A stretch of 60,541 bases of DNA, filler included, from Thelocarpon superellum (Eukaryota): the NCBI GenBank assembly GCA_026025795.1. It is 2 parts of 2 records of this genome, joined end to end, with 100 filler letters (N's around TTAATTAATTAA, not from the genome) between each part and the next. Parts side by side here need not be neighbours in the genome. Positions count along the whole stretch, not along the records: positions 1 to 30,288 come from JAPEUG010000205.1; 1 more part is not named here. One strand, given 5' to 3'. The position numbers were made by a program, and so were the translations under genes. The first letter of the stretch is position 1. Every line of letters starts with the position of its first letter. The notes under the pieces were generated by a model. That model had not been told where the DNA came from, did not search any database, and worked only from the letters and a program-made list of their open reading frames with translations. Positions 1 through 15,514 of the stretch are shown here, piece after piece.

Positions 1-271
1 GGTCAGCTGCATGACGCCTGCATGTCCATGCACCTAACAAAGATCCGCGTGCTGTGAGCATCGCACTTCGACGAGGAATGCGCTTTGCACGTCGTCCGCT
101 ACCTGCTACCACACACACTAGAGACAGTCGAACCGTGGATTGCCCATCTCATCGACCAGTGCGACAACTCGTCCCCGGACCGGGAGCACTCTCTTCGGCC
201 CTGGCCCTCCCGCCGTGTCGGTGGAGGCGATGTGTTGAAGGAAGCTTGCCCGTCACGTCGCAACCGCTCCC

Positions 272-3200
272 ATGCGAGCAGTGCTCCCCGGCAAGCCACA
301 AGCCACGCTCCAGGCTATCAGTACTGCACAATGGGAGGGTCGGCGTCTCGTGGTGAGTGGCCAGTGGTCTGACGGGGTGCGTCGACATATCAGGATGCTG
401 ATACGGCACAGACATACATTTCAGGCGCCGCGCTGGTCGTCCTGACCGCGGCCGACCAGATCCTGCAAACCATCTACCACGATGACGTCGATGAGCTGGG
501 CGCCGTCACCATCGACGAGGCCTCGGGCAAGATCGCCACCTGCACGCCCTCCACCATCTACATCTACCGCCCCTACGGCATCGAGGAGGGCGCCCTGCAG
601 TGGTCCCTACAATGCCCGCTGGCCTTGGACTCGGCTACGGATGCCATCCGGACCCTGTCATGGGGCACCGGCGAGGAGCTGCTGGTCGGCAGCGGCTCCT
701 TGACCCTCTTCGCCACCAAGCACGCGGAAAAGTCTGTCTGGAGCCGGACCCTGGCGAACCCCGTCAAGGTGGCCCAGTACTCGGCCGATGCCGGTTTGAT
801 CGCCTCCACCGGCTGCTACGATCCCCTGTTGAAGATCTGGCGCCGGCTGTCCTTTGGCGCTGATGACGTCCGATTCGATGCTACGTACCTTTCCCACCCC
901 GCCGTCGTGACCGGAATCCATTGGCGTCGACCTTTCGATCGCGAGCAGGTCGTCGAGAACATCCTCTATACCTTCTGCGCGGACCACGTCCTGCGAATCT
1001 GGGCCCCCATGGACCCGCATGGCCTGCAGATCCTGCAGCTATGGGCACAAGTCGACCTGCAAGCGTCCATCCAACCACGGATCCCGACGCCCCGGGACGC
1101 CCCCACCCCACGCTATGCCTGCATCATCGACGGCCGGGACTTCATCGCCGCCACCGAACGCGCGGTCCACGGCGCGCCCCCGGGCGTCACAGAGAATCCT
1201 GCCCTCGACCACCTCGTCGACGTCGCCCGTCGCAACCCCGAGGTCTGTCTCGTGTTGGATGAGCGCGGCCACATGTGCGCCTGGGGCCTGGAGAACGTAG
1301 GCTCGCGCGTGCGCCAGACCGACCAGATCTTCAACATCGCCCACGTCGAAGGCGTTCACCTGGACTGGCGACATCCCCTTCCCGCCTCGGAGGCGTACGT
1401 GCAGCTCATCAACTTTTGTGATCCCGCGCCGGGCGGAGAATTCACCGTCCTCGCCCACCATTTCGATGGCCGGATCGAGTGGCTCGAGGCCCGGGCCGAT
1501 GCCCTGTTCGATCCCTCGCCTGGCCCAGACCGCTTGACCTCTGTGGCCGTCTGGTCGGGACACGCAGCCGCGGTGGAAAAGATCGACCGCACCGCCTTTG
1601 GCGATGCCTTGATCGCTCGCACCAGCACGCACGAGAACGTGGTCTGGAGGCAGACAGCGCGCAAGGCAAGCACGACGCTGGTCAAGCAAAGTGAGTTCTT
1701 CGAGTCCGAGCCCATTCGGAAGATGTGCCTGCTCGACGAAGGAAGGCTGGTCGCCCTTCTGCACGCCCACCATCTCCACCTGTGGGACACCCGCACCGCG
1801 ACCGCCCTTCGCCTCGCGCGATGTCCATATGCCGTGGAGGGCCAGCCGCTATGTCTCTTTTCCCTGCCGGTCACGGACGCGAGCCCTGGTGTCGCCTATC
1901 TGGCGACCATCACCTCGGCTATGAAGGGCGTGGCGTGGGAAGTGCAGCGGGGCGAGAATGTGGTGGTCCATGGCGTCGCCGACGAACCCGGCGCCGCACT
2001 GCGCATCCGGGAGCTGAACAGCTTCGACCTGGGCACGGACGGCGATCTGGCCTTTGTGCTCCCCGTCGATCCGGCCGGGTCAATCCCGTCCATCTCCGGG
2101 CTCATGGACGTCTTCGCCCGGGATGTCGCCGTCTCCTGCAGCCAGCACGGCGTGCTGAAGACGTGGACGGCCAAGGTGGACGGACCGGGGTCCGTGGTGG
2201 AGTGGCTGCCAACGTCCACGGTGGAAACGGGGGTGGTGTACCCGTCGCTGGGTAGTGGGAGCTCCATCCGTAAGGCGGCCCTGGTGGACGCGCCGCGAAC
2301 CGGCCTGACCATCTGGGACACGCGTGGCGCGGAGCTCGAGTTTGACCAACGCTTCCGCGAGCAAGACCTGATCCAAGACCTCGATTGGACCTCGACCCCC
2401 GACGGGCAGTCGATCCTCGCCGTCGGCTTCCCGCACCGGGTGCTCCTGCTCTCGCAGCTGCGGTACCGTTACATCGATGCCGGCCCGGCCTGGGCCTCGA
2501 TCCGGGCCATCAGCATCCGTGATGCGACGCCCCATCCCATCGGCGACTCCGTCTGGCTCGGCAACGGAAGCCTGGTCATCGGCGCGGGCAATCAGATGTT
2601 GGTCTACGACAAGACTGTGGACCGCCACGACCCCTTTGTCACCGAGCTGCAGCTCCCGTACCATCATCTCTCCGACGACCTCTTCGACGTCGTCACCTAC
2701 TTGAACGGTCCGCTTCCGGCCTTTCATCCCCAGTTCTTGTCACAATGCATCCTCCAAGGCAAGCTGCTCCTCGTCCAGTCCATCTTGGTCCGGTTGGACC
2801 AGTCGCTCAAGTTCTACATCGACGGAGAGCACCTAGATAGCCTGATTGGTCTCTCCCCAGACGCCTTTTATCTTCCGGCCGAGGAGGATCCGCACGCACG
2901 TCGTCCGCTCAGCGACGCTGACGAGCTCGAGTGGACGGAGGAGACGGCGACGCATCTGAGCGAACAGCTGACCCGAACCCGCCTGCCGCATCTGTCCAGC
3001 CATGAACAGCTCCAGTTGGCCGATTTGGTGCAGTGCTGCGCCACCTTGGAAACACATCGTCGCTCCCTCGACGACAATGCCTGTCGCTTCCTCCTCTTCT
3101 TCCGCTCACATATGATCCGTCGCGGAGCTGCGGGTGGCGAAGCGACGCCGCTTCCGTGGCGCGACATCGTCTGGGCCCTCCACAGCGGCAGCCAGGACAT

Positions 3201-4463
3201 CTTGGTCGATCTGGTATGGCGACAATTCCAAGGCAAGATGGTGTGGGAGCAGGCGCGCGAAAGCGGGATGTGCATGTGGGTCGCCGATGTGACGGCGCTG
3301 GTGAGTGACTTGCTCGAGACACGGACCGGCCCTGGTGGACTGATCCCTGTCTCCAACAGCGTGCACAAGTGGAGATTCTCGCGCGTAACCAGTACACGCA
3401 GACGGACGAGAAGAATCCCGTCGACTGCAGCCTTTTCTATCTCGCGCTCCGCAAGAAGAACGTGCTCGTGGGCCTGTGGCGCATGGCCGGATGGCATCGC
3501 GAGCAGCGATCGACGCAGAAGCTGTTGGCCAACAACTTCAGCGACCCGCGATGGAAGACGGCGGCGTTGAAGAATGCTTACGTGCTCCTCGGTCGACATC
3601 GCTTTGGTAAGAGATTGGCCGTGTCGAGCACGACGAGGGACGGCGCTGACAACCGGGGCCAGAGTATGCGGCGGCCTTCTTCCTCCTTGCCGACGCGCTC
3701 AAAGATGCGGTGGGGGTCTGCGTGACGCACCTCGGCGACGTGCAGTTGGCCATCACCATCGCTCGCGTCTACGGCGGCGATGATCACCCGGTGTTGCACG
3801 CGCTCCTCGAGGACACGATGTTGCCACAGGCGGCGGTGGATGGCAACCGCTGGCTCGCCACCTGGGCCTTTTGGATGCTCGGACGGCGCGAGCAGGCCGT
3901 GCGGGCGCTGGTCGTAAGCGGCTCGAGGCGAGGGTGTCGTGGTGTAGCCCAAAGGCTAACGTGGTGACAGTCTCCCATCCATACCTTGCTTGCGTCCCCA
4001 GCGTCGCCAACCTTGCACGCCAAGTCTTTTCGTGCCAACGATCCGGCGCTTGTGGTCTTGTACCAGCAGCTACGGCAGAAGACGCTGCAGGCGCTACGTG
4101 GCGCCGCACGCATCTCACCGCGCGACGAGTGGGACTTTGTCTTCCATCACGCGCGGCTATACGATCGGATGGGATGTGACCTCTTGGCCCTCGACCTTGG
4201 TAAATGTCGACGGCACTCCTCTGTCGAGCGCCGCTCACCGGTTTCTAGTGCGAAATTGGGAGTTCCTTCCCCATCCACTGGTGGAACGAGTTCTCCAGGA
4301 TCCGATCCCGGATCCACGGGCGATGCTCCGGCGGAGTTCGTTGGTCATTGCCGATCCTCCCCGTCCCCAGCTCCCGGCGGAGATGAAATCGGGTGGCGTG
4401 AAAGCGCCCCAAGGCTTTGAAGAGCCCGATGCGAGTTCGCTGCTCGACAGCTTTGGGTTTTAG
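272..4463 (+). CDS. RAV1: RAVE complex subunit Rav1 (regulator of V-ATPase assembly; WD40 plus Rav1p_C), ~1303 aa
   Basis: Exons 272-352, 412-3300, 3360-3606, 3663-3913, 3971-4199, 4249-4463, all GT-AG, 3912 nt in total. N-terminus MRAVLPGKPQ...YISG; Rav1 motifs NGPLPAFHPQFLSQC, WALHSGSQDIL, KNPVDCSLFYLAL, WKTAALKNAY, RMGCDLLALDLVRNWEF. Confidence 0.95.
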
Positions 4464-4888
4464 GAGCGTGCATGGGCGTGTTACGGGTGCGTATCGCGGG
4501 CCGGACGGCGTTCAGGCCGTGGTCAGTCGCTGGGGGAGGACGCATGACGGAGATCATGGCAAGCGGTCTCAGGAGGCTGTGTAGTAGATGTAGATGTCCT
4601 CGAAGAGGTGGACGGATCAACAACTCCGAGCGGCTTGACCGTACTGACTGTGACCGCCGCAGATCAGGTGATCGTAGGCGAGGTACTCGTACGCGTATCA
4701 CGCGAGTCGCCCGAATCACGCCATTTACACTTTGGCTGCGCCAGTCAGCCGCATCGTGCGTCGGTCCCACACGAAGCTCACGTCGCCGTGGCCAACGTGG
4801 GGACATGGCAGAGAAACAGAAACGTCCCACGACCAAGATCGTGATGACCTCCACGGTGGGAGTGGCATAAGGTCTTCCCGTTGAATAG

Positions 4889-7129
4889 ATGATGGCTCCG
4901 GATCGAGGCCATGCTGACGTCGGGATACCGGACGAGGGACGGGAGCTTGCCGGCGAGGACCCCGCTCCGCATGGGATGCCACCGGATCGACGTCGCCAGG
5001 TCGCACAGATGCTGGCGGACCGCGGTGCCCAGGGCCAGAACTTCACCTGGCGAGGCGTCCTGGTCGGCCTGGCGGTGGGTATCATCATCTGCTTCTCCAA
5101 CACCTACTTTGGCCTGCAGACGGGATGGGTCAGCGGCATGGCCATGCCGGCCTCCTTGATCGGCTTCGCCTTCTTCAAGAGCCTGTCCGCTCAGATCGAG
5201 CTCCCCTTCACCCCGGTGGAAAACGTGCTGGTGCAGACGGTAGCCGGCGCGGTCGGCACCATGCCGCTGGGCAGTGGCTTCGTCGGCGTCATCCCCGCCA
5301 TCGAGTACCTGCTCCGGCCGAGCGAAGGAGGCCCGCTGCCCCTCGGCCTGTGGAAGCTGATCCTGTGGTCGCTCGGCCTCTGTTTCTTTGGCGTCGTCTT
5401 TGCCGTCCCGCTCCGCAAGGAGGTCATCATTCGCGAGAAACTCAAGTTTCCCAGTGGCACCGCCACGGCCTTGATGATTGACGTCCTACATGGAAGCACG
5501 GCGGACGGGGCAATGAAGACCCGCGATCAGAAGACGGGTGAGCCAGACGTGGGCGACGGTGAGAGACGGAGACTGTTGGGGGAAGGGCTAGATGAGGATG
5601 CGCAAGACGACCCGCGGTCTGGGGCGACCGTTGCATCCTCCCCGTCACCCGTGCTCGAGGGGGCAGAGGATCGAGGCGGAAGCTGGCGGTCCAAGATCCG
5701 CCTGCTGATCATCTCATTCGTCATTTCTGGCGTTTATGTGAGTTGGGAGATTCGGTCCTCTGCATGATGTACCGTCTGACGTGGCCTGCAGACCCTCACG
5801 ACCTACTTCATTCCCGTCCTTCGTGCGCTCCCCATCCTGGGCCTCCCTCTGGCTCGGAACTGGCTCTGGTCGTTGAATCCATCACCAGCGTACGTGGGTC
5901 AAGGGATCATTATGGGTCCCGCCACCACGCTACACATGCTCTTGGGCGCCATCGTGGGATGGGGGATCCTGTCTCCACTCGCCAAGACGCAAGGCTGGGC
6001 TCCCGGACCCGTCAAGGATTGGACGACGGGCAGCAAGGGATGGATCGTCTGGGTCAGCCTGGCCATCATGCTGGCCGACTCGATCGTCAGCCTCGCGTGG
6101 CTTGCTTTTCGACCGCTCTTCCGGGCCGCTTGGCCGGTGGCGACAAGATGGTGGCAACGAGCCTCGGATGGGCGGTCCATCGCAGGTTATACCATGGTGG
6201 CAGGCGCCTCTGATCCTTCCACGTCCCCGCAGCCCAGTCCACCCAAAGAAGAAGACCTTCCAGATGTCGACGCACCGCCGGAGCAGCTCGTCAGGAACCG
6301 CACCGTGGTCATCGGCCTGGCCAGCTCCCTACTCTTCTGCATCGTCGCCATTCAACTGACCTTTGGTGCCATTATGCCACTCTACGCCACCATCGCGGCC
6401 GTGGCCATGGCGCTTCTCCTCTCCATCATGGGCGTGCGCGCCCTGGGCGAGACCGACCTCAACCCGGTCTCGGGGATCAGCAAACTCACGCAACTTTTCT
6501 TCGCGCTCATCGTCCCATCCTCGAATCCCAACGCCGTCTTGATCAACCTCATCGCGGGCGCCGTGTCGGAGTCAGGCGCACTCCAAGCGGGGGACATGCT
6601 CCAGGACCTGAAAACAGGCCACCTCGTCGGAGCCTCCCCGCTTGCGCAATTCCAGGGCCAACTCATCGGCAGCTTCGTCGGCGCCTTTGCCAGTGCCATC
6701 ATCTACAAGCTCTACACCAAGGTGTACGCGGTGCCCGGCGAGCTCTTCCAAGTGCCTACGGGCTTCGTCTGGATCTTCACCGCGCGTCTCGTGACGGGCT
6801 CCGGCCTACCTCGCATGGCGCAAGAGTGGGCCACGGGAGCCGCGGCCATTTTCGCGCTCACGACCGCGCTTCGCATCGCCGTCGGCGGCGCCCGCTCGCC
6901 CTACCACGCCTGGATCCCAGGCGGCATCGCCGTCGCCGTGGGGATGTACAACGTGCCTTCGTTCACGCTGGCGCGGGCCGTTGGGGGACTCATCACCTGG
7001 TACTGGCGGCAATATCGTGGCCGTGACGAGTCCCCCGTCATCGTGCTCGCGAGTGGTCTGATCCTCGGCGAGGGCGTGCTCAGTATCGTCAATTTGATCC
7101 TCGCCAGCTTGCACGTTCCGCATTTATGA
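4889..7129 (+). CDS. OPT-superfamily (YSL-like, YGL114W-type) oligopeptide/metal-chelate transporter, ~728 aa
   Basis: Exons 4889-5737 and 5792-7129. Motifs NTYFGLQTGW, FTPVENVLVQT, LKFPSGTATA, SPAYVGQGIIMG, RALGETDLNP, QAGDMLQDLKTGHL; many TM helices. Confidence 0.93.
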
Positions 7130-7226
7130 TTCATGGCCTTGGCCGCGTGGGCACGGGGAACACAAAGCTAGGGTAGCAGGTCGATAGATGGACGGAGTAT
7201 TGAATATTTAGTTTATTTTGGTCCAA

Positions 7227-9385
<2,159 letters not shown>

Positions 9386-10602
9386 CGTTCGGTCACCTCA
9401 CCATAGTCCCCCGACCTGGACGGTCGAAAGCAGATGTTGTATTTGAGGTGATGGCGAAGCCCCCTCCTCCGCTACGATACGCGAATATTTTAATCTGCGG
9501 AAAATATCGGAACCCTTATCGCACGGGTTAAATAAAAAAAAGTAATAAAATATTATCGCTCTCGGTCTCCGTCCCGACTGTCGCTTCGCACGTTGCATTC
9601 CGTCCGCGTCTGAAGTGGCCGCATATTTGGTTTAGTACAGCTTGTTGTTGGTCGAGTACTTTGTATAAGCGCTGTGGTGGATCTGGGGGATCACGTGCAC
9701 GGTTACCTAATTATTTACTAGTCAGTCGTGCTTACCGAGACGGAACCCTGTGCTATAAAAGGGTCGTCTCGCAGATAGCTGAATTCACTATCGTTATTCT
9801 CCACTGTGATTGGTCCAATTTGCTGAATTCAAGAGGGAACCCTGCTCCCGATCTTCAGCGCTCGATATGCATCGCTATTGCAGCCTCCGCTTGACACCAG
9901 TCTCCAGGGTCACCACCCAATTTCAGCCGCCGGGGTTGTTCATGCTATACGAGAAGAGCCAAGTCCACCACTACCAATCGGACCAGTGGCGGTTTCTGTT
10001 TCGACGATGCAGCGGCAGGGACCGTTTTCCGGTGCATGAATGATCGCATCAAACGCAATGGACTTGGGCATACGAAACGCTCGACATGATTCAATCGATG
10101 CCATATACCATCGCTCAATGCACATCTGCCTCACTAACCCCTCTTGGGTATCTTCGGGCCAAATTTGCAACACCGTTCAAGATGTCATCACCAATGCCCA
10201 GCGGGACTTGTAAGACCTGGGCCATGCAACGTTTCCCCGAGTCCTTGACTGCGCCGTCATGGCACGAGCATATGCACCACCATGTGGTAATCCCATAGAC
10301 ATGCAGCACCTCCATCGTCCTCACAGATTCCGCATGGCCGTACCCCTCTGCCACCGGACGTGGGAGAAGCTGGTCTCTCCTGCCTTGACAATCCTTATTC
10401 ATGCTGACCGGAAGCGGGAGTGTAGGATCTATATTAAGAGGGCCGTGAAATGACCGTCCGTCTTTATAAACAGTGGTCCCACTGTGCATGCGGTCGTCCA
10501 CAAAGTGAAGGCGCAAGCAGATCGGCAAGGACGGACATCAAAGCCTCGAAACACAGCCAGTTCTCCGTGGGCCCAAGGACGTCGACCGTCCGACTCGCAA
10601 GC

Positions 10603-11698
10603 ATGCAGCTACCACTCCTGCTTACCATGATTGGCCTGTCCCAAGCTAGCCCCTTCGGCTTACATCCTCTTCTCCCCCGCGCGCCCTCCACCTCCGCTAC
10701 GGATGGGTATACTTGTGACTCAACGCAAGTGTCCATCTTGAACGCATTCCGAACGCTGGTCACGACCAAGCTCAACCTCACGCAGACACAGAACGGTGGG
10801 ATCGTCAGAGAACCTGGCAGCAACCTACCAAGTGGGCTCGTCCGATTACCTGACACCATCCCACCATCTGATCAGTATGGCAACGGACCACCCCCAACTG
10901 TAGTCAGCGATTCACCTGGGGACAAGATGTGGGAGGAGTAAGTATCAAAATCGGAGCGGCTTGGAACCCCGAAGAACTAACATGTTCTTCTTTTCCTCTA
11001 GCTATTTCGCCCAGTCCGACAGCAACTTTGTGCAGGGCGTGTACCAGCAGATGATGCAGGCCCAGCCGGTCGAGCGATGCGCCAGCGTCACCAACATCCA
11101 CTGTGATGCGAACAGGTTCTGGGACGACTTCACGCAGTCTTTCTGTCCTGCCTTCTTCGCCGATGCGGTGAAGAGCAACGTGACGGCCGCCGTCCTCCAA
11201 GATGCCGCCACGTGCACCGATGCGCAAAACGACGACGGTATCCAGTCCAAGCTCAGAAGCTTGGCCATGATGACCTGGCTTGCGTCATCAATCAACGTCA
11301 CCTCTCTGCTCTCCAACACCACCGCCCCGCCCTTTCACGTGCAGAAGGACGGCCACCTCCTGGCCGGGATTCAGGACGGACACAGCACATGCACGACGCA
11401 CTCATGCATCACCGGTATCACCAACGCGATAGGCAACGGCGACCAGACGAGGACCAACACCCAGTACTACTATGGCACGTACGTCCTCTACGCCCAAGAT
11501 TTCTACGCCGTGTCGGGATACTGCGCCAACAACCAGACGGCTGCGGCCGTCACTGGCGGCTCGGCACCACCCGGCGTCGCCGCTGCATCTTCTGGGAACA
11601 GCTCTGCCAGCGGCTTTTCTTCGTCCGCCGGCCAAACCACCAATAGAAACACCTCCTCGGTAAATGGTGGGGTACCGGCGGGGTTCACTGGTCCGTGA
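10603..11698 (+). CDS. Secreted protein, M35/aspzincin-like fold but no HExxH motif, S/G/A-rich tail, ~343 aa
   Basis: Exons 10603-10937 and 11002-11698 (GTAAGT...ACTAAC...TAG, 1032 nt in total). Signal peptide MQLPLLLTMIGLSQA; Cys-rich. TATA-like TTTATAAA near 10472. The family assignment is inferred from WEDYF, FCPAFF and N..YY..Y..YA segments. Confidence 0.8.
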
Positions 11699-12199
11699 TG
11701 GTTCGACACGCCGATGAGTTGCTCCCTCTCTCCATTCCATTCTCATTTGGTGGCGTTACTGTGGCATCAGCGTAGAGTAGCATAGCATGAGCGGAGAATG
11801 AACATTGGCAGACTCTTCCATCCATCCTGCCACCACTAAGCGGAAAGATATCCAGAGGCCATGTCCAGCCAGCCAGCCAGTATGCTGCATAGAATCAACA
11901 ATGCCAAAAGGAAAAGCGGAATACGCCCACTTCACATCACTGGCTGCCCATCTCCCAAGTCAGAACGAGGCTCGACTACCGTCTCTGACCTGGCGAGTTC
12001 AGCGCGACGGACTCGCGAGACAGAAAGAGATAGTCGGCCTGGTGCGTGACTTCGAAATCCGTTGGATAGACTCGAGAAGCCAGCTGGTTCGTCCAGCCGG
12101 CTTCCCACGCTGCAGGCAGATTAGAGCCTCAAGGGCACCATGACAGTAAACGAACGACCGATCTCGGAGGCGTGGGGTGGGGCTGCACGGACAAGAGAG

Positions 12200-15146
12200 T
12201 TATGATGATCGTGCAGCAGCTTTGGCTTGCAGAAGCTTGACCACTGCCTCGTGCCTGCCTGCCTCTGCCAACAACAGCGGCGTCTGACCATTCTGGTCCT
12301 TGCAGTCCATGTCAACATCGTCTCGATCGAGCAGCAGCTTGACGACCGCCTCTTGCCCTCCCCGGACGGCCCACGACAGTGGTGCCTGACCGTAGTAGTC
12401 TTTGGAGTCGGCATCAACATCGTCTCGATCAAGCAGCAGTCTGACCACCGCCACGTGCCCTCTCCACGCTGCCAATGACAGTGGTGTCCAGCCCTCCTCG
12501 TCCTTGGAGTCCGCCTCGATGTCGTTTTGATGGATGAGCAGCTTGACGACTGCCTCGTGCCCTCCCCGCGCTGCCCACGACAGTGGCGTCTGGCCTTCCT
12601 GGTCCCTGGCATTGACATCAACGTCATCTCGATCGACCAGTAGCTTGACCGCCGCCTCGTGCCCTAATTGAGCTGCCCATGCCAATGGTGTTTGATCGTC
12701 CCGGTCATCAGAGTCGGCCTCAACGTCATCTCGATCAAGCAGCAGCTTGACCACTGCCTCTTGCCCTCCCCGGGCTGCCCATGAAAGTGGCGTCTGACCG
12801 TAGTAGTCTTTGGAGTCGGCCTCGACGTCGTCTCGATCAACCAGCAGCTTGACTACTGCCTCATGCCCTCCCCGGGCTGCCCATGACAAGGGCGTCTGAC
12901 CACTCTGGTCCTTGGAGTCGACCTCGACGTCGTCTCGGTCGACCAGCAGTCTGACCACTGCCTCGTGCCCTCGTCCTGCTGCCCATGAAAGCGGAGTCCG
13001 TCCGCTTGAGTCCCGCAGGTCCATTCGAGTGCTTCTGCGGAGCAGAGCCTCCACAAGAGGCTTCCACCCCAAAGATGCACAGAGATGGATCCCGGATACT
13101 CGGGGCGTACGTTGACTATAGCCCAGATAACGATATGGACTTGCAAAACCGACCTGAGCAGAGACTGAAACCTTCTTCTCATTTTCCAGGAAATTCAAGG
13201 CCAGGGCTTTGCTTTCGTCTGGTACGCCGGTGTTCCAACAGGAGTAGTCCCCCCAGTGCTTGGCGACATAATCGAAGAGAGGGTGCTCTAACAGGAGGTC
13301 CTCGAGTATTCTGTCGGTCGCGCAATATCCACCCTCGAAGGCATCGAAGGAGAGATAGGTGAGGCATGTCGTGGCAATCTCTGCTTGTACATCAACATCC
13401 GATGTGAAGTAGACGCCCTCCAGGTACTCCTGCGTCGTGTAGTGGACCAATCGAACATGACTGCTTTCTTCCTCCACCGTCACCAGGCCTGCGCAGGCCG
13501 AGACCATATCTTCAACATCCTTTAGGTTTTCAGGGTCCAGGCATGGCTCTTGGGGCTCAACTGCCAGTGCGTGTTGAAGCTCGAGGACAGTCAAAGGCCT
13601 TTTGGCGTATGTGATCCAGGAAAGGACTTGTCTCGCCAGCGCTCTGAACCCGGGCTGTTGCGCATGGATCCGCTCCACGGCCTCGCCGTACGCCTTTTCC
13701 AGTGCGTCTCCTCCTTTTGGAAGCCGCCGGAGGGCTGTCTTGACATCCTTGATACTGATCTTGTCCTTTAGCGACTCTAGGTGAAGCTGGACGAGAAGGA
13801 ACCTGAGGGAAAGGCGTCAGATGGAACATGGCAGTCCTGAGCTGTATGACGTACATGCCATCGACAGCTTTGACGATTTCATCTTTGACGTTCTCTTGTA
13901 GAGTAGTGTTTTTGATCACACAACCAGCTAATCGGGCCATGTTTCCATCGAGATATTTTCTCACGTCTGCTTCGCTGGCACGGATTTCCACTTTGGGATC
14001 GGACTTGAACGCTTCCGAAATCTCTAGGCTGTACCGCGAGGTAAACAAGAGGTTGACTGCATTGCTTGCCTGCAAGGAGCGAAGCGTAGCTAGCATCCAT
14101 TCGCGTGTCCCATTGTCATTAGGACATTCGTCCAAAGCGTCGACGACGATGGAAACCTGGGAGTAGCCTCCCATCAGGGAGAGGAGGAAGTGGAACAGCT
14201 CGTCAGGAGTTGGACGGGTCCGCTTGTGGATGTGCCCTTGGTACATGTTCTTCAGATCATCAGAGACGGAGGCTCCGTCAGGGATCAGCTGTCTCAGCAG
14301 GCTTCCGAGGAGATTGGTCGGTGTTTGCTCAAGCTGGCTTTGGTAGTTGCAGAACACGTAGGCCAGGCCGATGTTGTGGTCTCGCACGTCGCTCGACAGG
14401 TGATCGATCACGATTGAAGCCAGCATGGTCTTGCCAGCGCCGGGGATGCCAAGGCAGAACAGGGTCTGTCGTGTTCCGTCACGCCATGCTTCAAACTCTG
14501 CAGACTCGAGCAGCCACTGCCCGGTCCCGTCCTGTCTTCTGGCGATGATGTCGCTTTGCTGTGCTGAGAAGTTGAGCGGCGATAGCCAATCTAGAACCCT
14601 TTGGCTCTCATCGTCTTGATGCCAACGCTCCTGCTTGGCCTGGCTTGTCTGCACCTGCACAAGCTGTTGATGGAGCTCGCCTACTCTGTTGTTCACGCCT
14701 TCAACATCATGTCTGATTGCCTGAGACAAGGCAATGTGATCGTTCTGCAGCGCCAGATGAAACAGCGTCTTCTGACGCTCCAGCGCTTGGAGAATGTCAC
14801 GGATTTCTCCCTTCTGGAATGGCCACGCCAAAGATCTCTCGACCCTCTTGAGCCCGCGCACGGGCTCCAGTTTCGACGCCAGACGCTGCAGAGCTGAGTT
14901 GAATTGCTCGAGCGGTCCTTTTGGCAGATTGAGATAGCCGATCGTCGTAGACCACGACTCTCCCCATTGCGGTCGCTCTGCGAGGTCTTTCAGAACGGGC
15001 AAGATGTGGTTGATGTGGGATATTTCGAGAAGTATCTGGTCGCGTTCCTCTGAAGCTCGCGCTACATCGTTGAGATACTGCATCACCGTTCCGGCGAGCT
15101 GAAGGACAGCGACGATGCCGCCCGAGATGCTCAGCGGATCTGCCAT
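12200..15146 (-). CDS. Fungal NLR: HeLo-like/SesA-type N-terminal domain, NACHT, winged helix and ankyrin repeats, ~964 aa
   Basis: Exons 15146-13855 and 13802-12200, 2895 nt in total. MADPLSISGGIVAVLQL start, LAWPF, GTGQWLL, P-loop GIPGAGKT, Walker B IVVDALDEC, DGMFLL across the intron, RPLTVLELQHAL, RLVHYTTQEY, then GxTPLSWAA repeats. Confidence 0.95.
12230..13017 (-). repeat. Eight tandem 102-bp (34-aa) ankyrin repeats with high internal conservation
   Basis: Consensus KDxxGQTPLSWAAxxGHEAVVKLLxDRDDVExDS. An identical 27-nt block occurs at 12386 and 12794, spaced 408 = 4 x 102 nt. Confidence 0.95.
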
Positions 15147-15514
15147 GGTGTTCTATCGATTGCGACGATGCCGAGTAATTTGGAAAGCAAGATTGTAATA
15201 GATTATTTGTTTCTTTCCGTTGACAAGGCTCAAGCTGGTTGCTGCCGGCCCGGCTCACATGTGTTGAATATTATAATTGAATCTCGGGAGATTTTAAATT
15301 TTGGCGATTAAAATATTACCGCGTTTCGCAGTCTCACCTCGTCTCGTCTCGTCCGATCTCACTTTCGGATGTTTGGTCATTATCGTCATCCTTTATCCAT
15401 CCTTACTCCTCCCTCCCTAACTGACTAACTTCCATATGTCGCAGGTGTCTGGCTGATTGAGATTCATCATGCCCAACACACACTTCCTCCCTTTCCCTTC
15501 CTCGCTTCACATCA

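Noticed and set aside
12230..13017. Regularly spaced repeats with variable inserts resembling a CRISPR array or diversity-generating cassette
   Set aside because: These are in-frame 102-bp ankyrin coding repeats in a eukaryotic gene; no cas or reverse transcriptase gene is nearby.
14735..15146. Amyloid signalling motif at the NLR N-terminus
   Set aside because: The N-terminus is a full helical HeLo-like/SesA-type domain. No short N/Q/G-rich HRAM/PP/sigma motif and no adjacent matching effector were seen.
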